Assembly: GCA_964016885.1 (NCBI GenBank)
Contig: OZ024745.1
Span: 85,498,001-85,562,000 of the forward strand
Source: Eledone cirrhosa
Lineage: Eukaryota
Reading direction: 5' to 3'
DNA length: 64,000 nt
Part shown: positions 57,112-64,000 of the stretch, in pieces
Layout: every line of letters begins with the position of its first letter
Numbering within the stretch: position 1 is the first letter of the stretch
Made by a program: the position numbers and the translations under genes
Notes under the pieces: generated by a model
What the model was told of the DNA's origin: nothing
The model's database searches: none
Seen by the model: the letters and a program-made list of their open reading frames with translations, nothing else

Positions 57112-57597
57112 AAAGTTATATTTAAATTGTTGGGTTACAACTAGTAAATATTTATAACTGATATAAAAGCACTCAACAAGTATTTGGAGTATATTTACGA
57201 TATTAAATAAATGGAAACTATATTTATAAAACCATATTTATTTCATTATATATATTTCAGGGATATCATATTAACAATATGTTATGCCTTCCTCAGACAA
57301 AATACAATATAGACAGTTTTATAGATAAATAGATTTAACATACCGTTCAACATCGACTTGTATTTGAAAAAGTTGATTTGGCAGTCAAATCAACTTTTTC
57401 AAATCAACTTTTTCAAATCAACTTTTTCAAATACAAGTCGATGTTGAACGGTATGTCAAATCTATTTATCTATAAAACTGTCTATATTGTATTTTGTCTG
57501 AGGAAGGCATAACATATTGTTAATATGATATCCCTGAAATATATATAATGAAATAAATATGGTTTTATAAATATAGTTTCCATTTATTTAATATCGT
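57110..57597. mobile_element. PLE family C pLTR-only foldback
   Basis: Minus arm with tail at 57110-57385, plus arm at 57386-57597. Intact HHRs at 57231-57311 (minus) and 57482-57562 (plus). Confidence 0.9.
57482..57562 (+). ncRNA. Type I hammerhead ribozyme, family C
   Basis: CTGAGGA core, GAAA, TATATA loop, AUA triplet. Confidence 0.78.
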
Positions 57598-57742
57598 ATA
57601 TATATATATATTATATATATATTTATATATATATTATATGTATATATATATTATATATTTATATATATATAATATATGTATATATATATTATATATATAT
57701 ATTATATATATATTATATATATATATATGTATATATATATAT

Positions 57743-57774
<32 letters not shown>

Positions 57775-57829
57775 ATATATATATATATATATGTTTATAT
57801 ATATATATCACATATATATACTATATATT

Positions 57830-58351
57830 ATGTTTGCGTGTATGTATTTATCTATTTCTATTACTTCTGTATTGTATTTATTTACTTTGTTCTTAACTCT
57901 GTAGCAGAGATTCATTTGGTCTCCTAGTTAGAATTTTAGTCTACGACTTCTGCTATACCATTTACGTGGTTTTGTCTTTGCGTGCTATTGTTCTCCACGC
58001 TCCACATATGACGCATTATCTTCGTTTTTTCGTTCATTGCCAGAGAACGTCTCTATGCTCCACCTAAGAGAACATTAGTCTACGACCTCTTTTATATCAT
58101 AAACGTGGTTCTGTCTGCGCGTAATCGCTTTTCACCGCTCCTATTAATGACGTATTATTCGTTTTTTCCCGTTCTTTGCCAGCGAACGTTTCCACGAACC
58201 AAAGTATCGTCTTTCTGTCTTCCTCCGGTTGCAACGTTTTTTGAAATATCCAGTTCTGCGTTTACAGATTGACTTTGTTAGTTTCAGAAGATCCCGTTAA
58301 GGGTGAAAGCAGCGATTCTTTGCTTAAACTTTAATCTGTTATTTAATAAAT
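57830..58351 (+). mobile_element. PLE family B 3' fragment
   Basis: Homologous to 9093-9616; HHR-like motif at 58264-58339. Confidence 0.9.
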
Positions 58352-58367
58352 ATATATATATATATAT

Positions 58368-58442
58368 GAGTGTGTGTGTGTGTGTGTGTTCTTGCCTTGT
58401 TCATCTGTATTGGCAGTGTAGTATGTTCGTATGGTGGAATGC

Positions 58443-58496
<54 letters not shown>

Positions 58497-60716
58497 TTGT
58501 CTCGTTTGCGTGTGTGTGTGTGTGCGTGTGTTGTGTGTTGTTGCATCGCTTGTTAACTTAAACCAACGATTTCATTTCGCTTCTCTCTGATCGGTTGTTT
58601 ATTTGCGGTTGCAGTCGTTTGATAAAAAGCGCTTCCTTGATACGTAACGTGCCGACGTTTCTTTCAGTCGCTAGAATTGTGACAATGGGCCTTCCGTCTT
58701 TGTTTCCGCATTTGTCTATGTGTTTCCGGAAAGACGAGGCCCTGGTTTTAGTGTGTTCCTTGATCAGGATGTGCAAAGGTCGAATTGTGCTACCTATGTA
58801 GTATTGGTTGCACCTGTCACATTCTATCTTATACACGACGTATGTGCGTAGGCAACAGTTAGCTTGGCGTATCGGACAGTCTCTGAGGGAGCATGCGTCA
58901 GTAGATTTTTCGGGTTCCTGGAGAGGCATCTTCGCAGGGAGGGGTCCGAGTGGGCCAGGTGGATGTCGAGGCCCTCCCTCCGTATACCTTTGCGGATAGC
59001 GTTGGTGGTTTTCTCGCCCAGGTGTGGCATTTTAAGGAAGCATTTGCCTTGGGTGCTTCTCTGTCTCTTGCGTCTGGTGTCTCCTATTCTGTCTGTGATC
59101 GAGGTAGGGTACCCGTTCGTCTCCAGCACCTCTAGGAATAGCTTGGTATGAATGACACCACTCGCGAGATCGGTGCATCTGTTTTTGATTCGCGCGATCT
59201 CGTTCGTGATGTATCCTCTTTTGGCACTGTTAGCGAGGGCGGACTTGTAGTGAACGAACAGGTCCCTGCCGGCTGCCTTTCTGTAGAAGTTGCAGTGGAT
59301 CCCTCCTTGTTCCGTGATGTTGATCCGGAAGTCGAGGAGGGCAAGTGACCCGTCTTCGTTGGGGTGTTCAACACTGAAGTCAATGTTCTCGTCCGCGTTG
59401 TTGAACGTCTCATAGATTCTGTTCGCCGTGTCTTGGGAAGATGTGAGGATGAGGATATCGTCCACGTATCTTGAGAAAAAGGCTACGGCGTTGGGGTGGC
59501 AGGCGTTGAGTGCCTTGCGTCCGAGGTTGTCCATGTAGGAGATCGCTAGCACACCTGATAGACTTGATCCCATGGGCAATCCCGAGGTGTGTTGGTATAT
59601 TTGGTCAAGGAATCCGAAGTAGGTGTTGTCGACGACGATGGATAGGAGTTGGTGGATTTCAGTGGTGGTGAGCCCGAAGCAGTGTAGGTCGGTGGATTGG
59701 ACGCGTTCCATTAGTATATTGACGGCCGGGAGTGCCGGGACCGAGGTGTAGAGAGCAACTACATCAAGGCTGAAGGTATATCTGTTATTCCTTCTGGTGT
59801 CGGGATCCATTTGATGCAGGCGCTTCAACACCTCTTCGGAGCTGTTAACGTGTCCCGGCAAGGTGTCTAAGATGGGTTTGAGTATTCTGGCTAGGAGCCA
59901 ATGAAATTTTGTATACGATGGGCCTGATTTTCAGGTCGGGTCCCTGTTTGTGTGTTTTCACGAGGTGGTATAAGGCGGGTAGTCTGCTGTTCCTCGTGAG
60001 GAGGTTGTATCTCAGATTCCTCGGGAGCTTCCGCCGGTCGCAGATGTTGGTCCAGGCGGAGTTGATGTGTTCTTCTATCTACACACACACACGCACAGAC
60101 ACACAGTAGCATTCCACCATACGAATATACTACACTGCCAATACAGATGAACAAGGCAAGAACACACACACACACACACACACTCAAGCGAGACAACAAC
60201 ACACGGACACACACACACAGTAACATTTAACAAACAGGCAGAGAATGGACTGACAGCTAGCGCCATCGCACTACCTCATTCGGCCGCTGACATCTGTACA
60301 ACCGACCCCATTTCACGCGCACGCGCGCTCGGCCGAATACCTCAGATATTCAAATCAACAAACAGCGAAAGACGCGTTCTGAGTTATCCGACAGACAACC
60401 TTTTCCCCCACCCCGGAAAAAAAACCCAGTTGATGGATGTGAATCCGAAATAAATAGGGACTATTAAATCTCTCCCAAGGTAACTCTCTCTTGTGTTGTT
60501 ATTTTTATTTTTATCCTTTATACTCTTCCCTTCATTCTACACATCTCACACATGTTATACACACCACGCATCTCAACGTACACCCACTTACATCTCTCTC
60601 TCCACCACCGGACCTTGTTATCCGGAGATTTACCCATTTGCATTGTCGAGGCTTCCAAACGACCTAAAGATATTTACTTATTGTTCCACAATGCTTCAAG
60701 CAAACTTCAATACTCT

Positions 60717-60718
<2 letters not shown>
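58368..60718 (-). mobile_element. Naiad-like PLE, 5'-truncated, associated with (CA)n, with inverted arm
   Basis: RT-EN on the minus strand. 58385-58450 recurs inverted at 60101-60166. The right boundary is uncertain. Confidence 0.75.
58558..60078 (-). pseudogene. PLE RT (YVDD) plus GIY-YIG endonuclease
   Basis: LYHLVKTHK, IRPIV, SLDVVALYTSVP, GLPMGSSLSG, RYVDD, FYRK, CSLRDCPIRQANCC, VVYKIECDRCNQYYIGST, IKEH. Frameshifts near 59900 and 58910. Confidence 0.9.
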
Positions 60719-60788
<70 letters not shown>

Positions 60789-60858
60789 ACATATATATAT
60801 ATTATATATATATAGATATAGATATTTATTATATATATATTATATATAAATATATATA

Positions 60859-60936
<78 letters not shown>

Positions 60937-60946
60937 AAGGTTTACA

Positions 60947-61013
<67 letters not shown>

Positions 61014-61075
61014 GCGTTTTGCAACAATCTGGTGATTCTATAGAGATATTTTATGATATATATATTATATATATA

Positions 61076-61293
<218 letters not shown>

Positions 61294-61330
61294 TATATAT
61301 ATAATATATATATCATAAAATATCTCTATA

Positions 61331-61380
<50 letters not shown>

Positions 61381-61576
61381 TAGTTATACTATTTATGGTT
61401 ATGTAAACACAAAACCTTAAGCAGTTGTAAGTATTTTACACACACCCTAAATAGTGGTAGGCAGTAATGTATTACTACCTTATTACCAGTAAGTTAAGTA
61501 GCTCAATGTAAAAACATCAGATGATTTACAGAGCAGTTATATGAAATATAAGAATCAAAGAACTGTTCAAAACATT

Positions 61577-61630
61577 ATTGTGCTTACAGCTGTTTCCTCC
61601 AAACCGAGGTTTGGATTCTTCGGAGCAATT
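61577..61630 (-). ncRNA. Minimal hammerhead, family D (core CCGAAGA)
   Basis: Mirror of 63941-63993. Confidence 0.68.
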
Positions 61631-61800
61631 TATTAATGCATGGACAGTTATATGACCTCCTTTTCAGCCGAGAGACATACCAATACATATTCAAACATTG
61701 ATACATATTCAAACATTGTGGGTCAACATTCATTACAGAATTTAGAGTGGCAGTACACACTTCGAGATTACATTTATATTAATAGGTACAATCAAAAATC

Positions 61801-62499
61801 TCATACTCTACGACGCCTAACTTAGCATACCACATAGCTAGCAGCAATAATAGTAAAATTAGTTCTTACTTCCAACAAACAAAATCACAACGGGATGCAA
61901 ACCCTCTAAATACCACTGTAGCAAGCAACAATAGCAACGGCAGTAACAATAGAAATAACACTAGTATAAGTAATAACACCAGGGTTGTCAACCCGAACAC
62001 CCAAAATCCTATATCCACCACACAGACTTCCGCATTGCATTATAACCAGCAGACTAACGCACAGAATAATTGTAACTGTAGAGCTAATAGAACCTGCCCT
62101 TTAGATAAAAAATACCTAACCAAGGATGTCATATACTCATGCACAGTCACGACTAATAACTCTTCAGAAACCTATGTAGGCTCCACTTCTAACTGCTTCA
62201 AAATCAGATATAACTCGCACATCCACTCGTTCAAAAAGCACAGCCTAGCCAACTCCACCTCACTTTCTAGCTACATACACTATCTAAAATCTAAAAATAA
62301 ACCATACACACTCAAATGGGAAGTGATAGGCAGCGCGACCTCGTACAAACCACCTAATAAATTCTGTAACCTCTGTATACTAGAGACACACAATATTATC
62401 TTCTCCAACCGTAACCTACTTAACAAAAAATCTGAGGTGTTTGCAACTTGCCAGCACCGCCTCAGACATTCCTTCCAAAACTTTAAGCCCTATATATAG
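61801..62499 (+). pseudogene. PLE linker plus GIY-YIG endonuclease fragment
   Basis: Open frame SYSTTPNL...CNCRANRTCPLDKKY..VIY..YVGSTS..CNLCILE..CQHR. Confidence 0.9.
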
Positions 62500-63940
62500 C
62501 AATGTCGGACTGGAACCTAACACCACATCTAGCATCAAACACCAGAGACACACCCTATACTACATACCCAACACTAGCTGATCCATTATAACACAAACAA
62601 CGACATCCCTCTGGAACCCTTCGCAGGGAAAATACCCATTTATACCTCTACGGCAGGTGTGACAACATCCACCCACTTGGACGGCACTACACCGCTCTAA
62701 GGGTAATTTGAGCATGAATTGATCGGTTGGATGGTGTTGGGCAGAGGAAACACCTTCCTTAGACAGATGTAAAATGATTTAATCGAGTAGCGCTGTTGAC
62801 CAGTAGGACCGGGCTGCTGAGCGCAGTGAGTGAATGCAATGCAACTGCCGTGCGGGTTGTACGTATATGGATGATCTGACGGTCAGAGAGGGGTCGCGAG
62901 GACTGCGGATTGACCTTTGGCCTGCCTGGGGACGATTATCTTTCGACATCCAATGTAGCAAGCGATGACCCAGATCTTACCAGAGATCATTGGGTCCTGA
63001 AGCAATCCTGCAATCACCGCGCCTGGTCATATGAGCAGACTACAACCACAGAGATCATTAATTTAGAATCCTCGCTCATCATCTATAATTTCCATTTGTA
63101 ACACCTTAAGATGGGTTAATCCACCTTAATAATAATATGATCACCTTCAGCATAATTTAGTTAAACTACTCTATAGTTAGTACACTTTATGCTTTAAAAG
63201 TCTCTCTTGGAAGGTGCACCTCACCATAGATTTTAGGGTCTATATTGGGACACATTTTAATGGCTAGATATAGAAACCCCAGAGTTACCTCCCCGCATGC
63301 ATTAACTCCCCTTAGCCACACACACACTTCCGGTATTCAATGGCGTTTCTCGAAACGTAACAACCTCCTGTATCGAACTAAAGAACACCAGACTACGATC
63401 TCTAACTGGATTGTCGTGGATTATGTGAAAGGCATATAATCGAAATATACACTCCCTTGACCATGAAAATGCCGAAGTACATGAATTACTTGACATCCCT
63501 GCGCTGTGCATCTCCAATACTTATAACACTTTTAATGCTTGCACTATCTTTAATGCTTATAATATTTCTCCACACACAGACTATATCAATCATATAAAGA
63601 CTTTGCCACCAGATCTACCAACCTAACACTCTTATTTACCTACCTAAGTGCCTCTACCACACATATCTCTCTGCCACACTATATAAACAAGACGCACATG
63701 CGTGCCACACATATAACATTTGCACTATATAACCACTTATCTTCATGTTGTACTTTAACCTATATCTTTGATTTTTGATTGTACCTATTAATATAAATGT
63801 AATCTCGAAGTGTGTACTGCCACTCTAAATTCTGTAATGAATGTTGACCCACAATGTTTGAATATGTATCAATGTTTGAATATGTATTGGTATGTCTCTC
63901 GGCTGAAAAGGAGGTCATATAACTGTCCATGCATTAATAA

Positions 63941-63993
63941 ATTGCTCCGAAGAATCCAAACCTCGGTTTGGAGGAAACAGCTGTAAGCACAAT
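63941..63993 (+). ncRNA. Minimal hammerhead, family D (core CCGAAGA)
   Basis: ATTGCT CCGAAGA ATCCAAACC TC GGTTTGGAG GAAA CAGCTG TA AGCACAAT. Confidence 0.68.
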
Positions 63994-64000
63994 AATGTTT

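Larger units (their letters stand above)
61381..64000 (+). mobile_element. PLE family D, 5'-truncated with inverted 5' arm (runs off the window)
   Basis: 61570-61800 is inverted at 63771-64000. Linker and EN reading frame at 61801-62499. Confidence 0.9.

Noticed and set aside
60249-60292. Possible SECIS in the Naiad-like arm
   Set aside because: Poor helix, no apical AA, and no TGA at Cys positions in the visible ORF.
62963-63003. SECIS-like hairpin (ATGA...TGAA)
   Set aside because: The GA quartet is out of register with the stem, there is no apical AA, and no Sec codon lies upstream.

Overview
An AT-rich, gene-free eukaryotic window, most likely from an octopus (inferred from a CORE-type tRNA SINE and the vast (TA)n tracts). 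Almost all of it is mobile elements nested in (TA)n microsatellite. At least six families of Penelope-like elements (PLEs) dominate; I label them A, B, C, D, F and G. Where preserved, they show an RT with GLYRDD, a CxCx5CPx4C linker and a GIY-YIG endonuclease ending CxxC...CxH. There is also one Neptune-like and one Naiad-like PLE, a full-length CR1-like LINE, an RTE fragment with a 5' inversion, a Helitron 3' end, a long-TIR element and a SINE. Each of families A-G carries its own hammerhead ribozyme (HHR) motif, several with non-canonical but copy-conserved cores (CAGAAGA, CCGAAGA, CUGAGAA) or a very long stem II. Most insertions are foldbacks, from 50 bp to 6.8 kb, whose two ends are both element 3' ends: one fixed 'short' terminus and one fixed 'long' terminus. 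All long Y/I-rich and C/V/M-rich ORFs are microsatellite artefacts. All calls were made by eye, and boundaries are approximate to about 10 nt.
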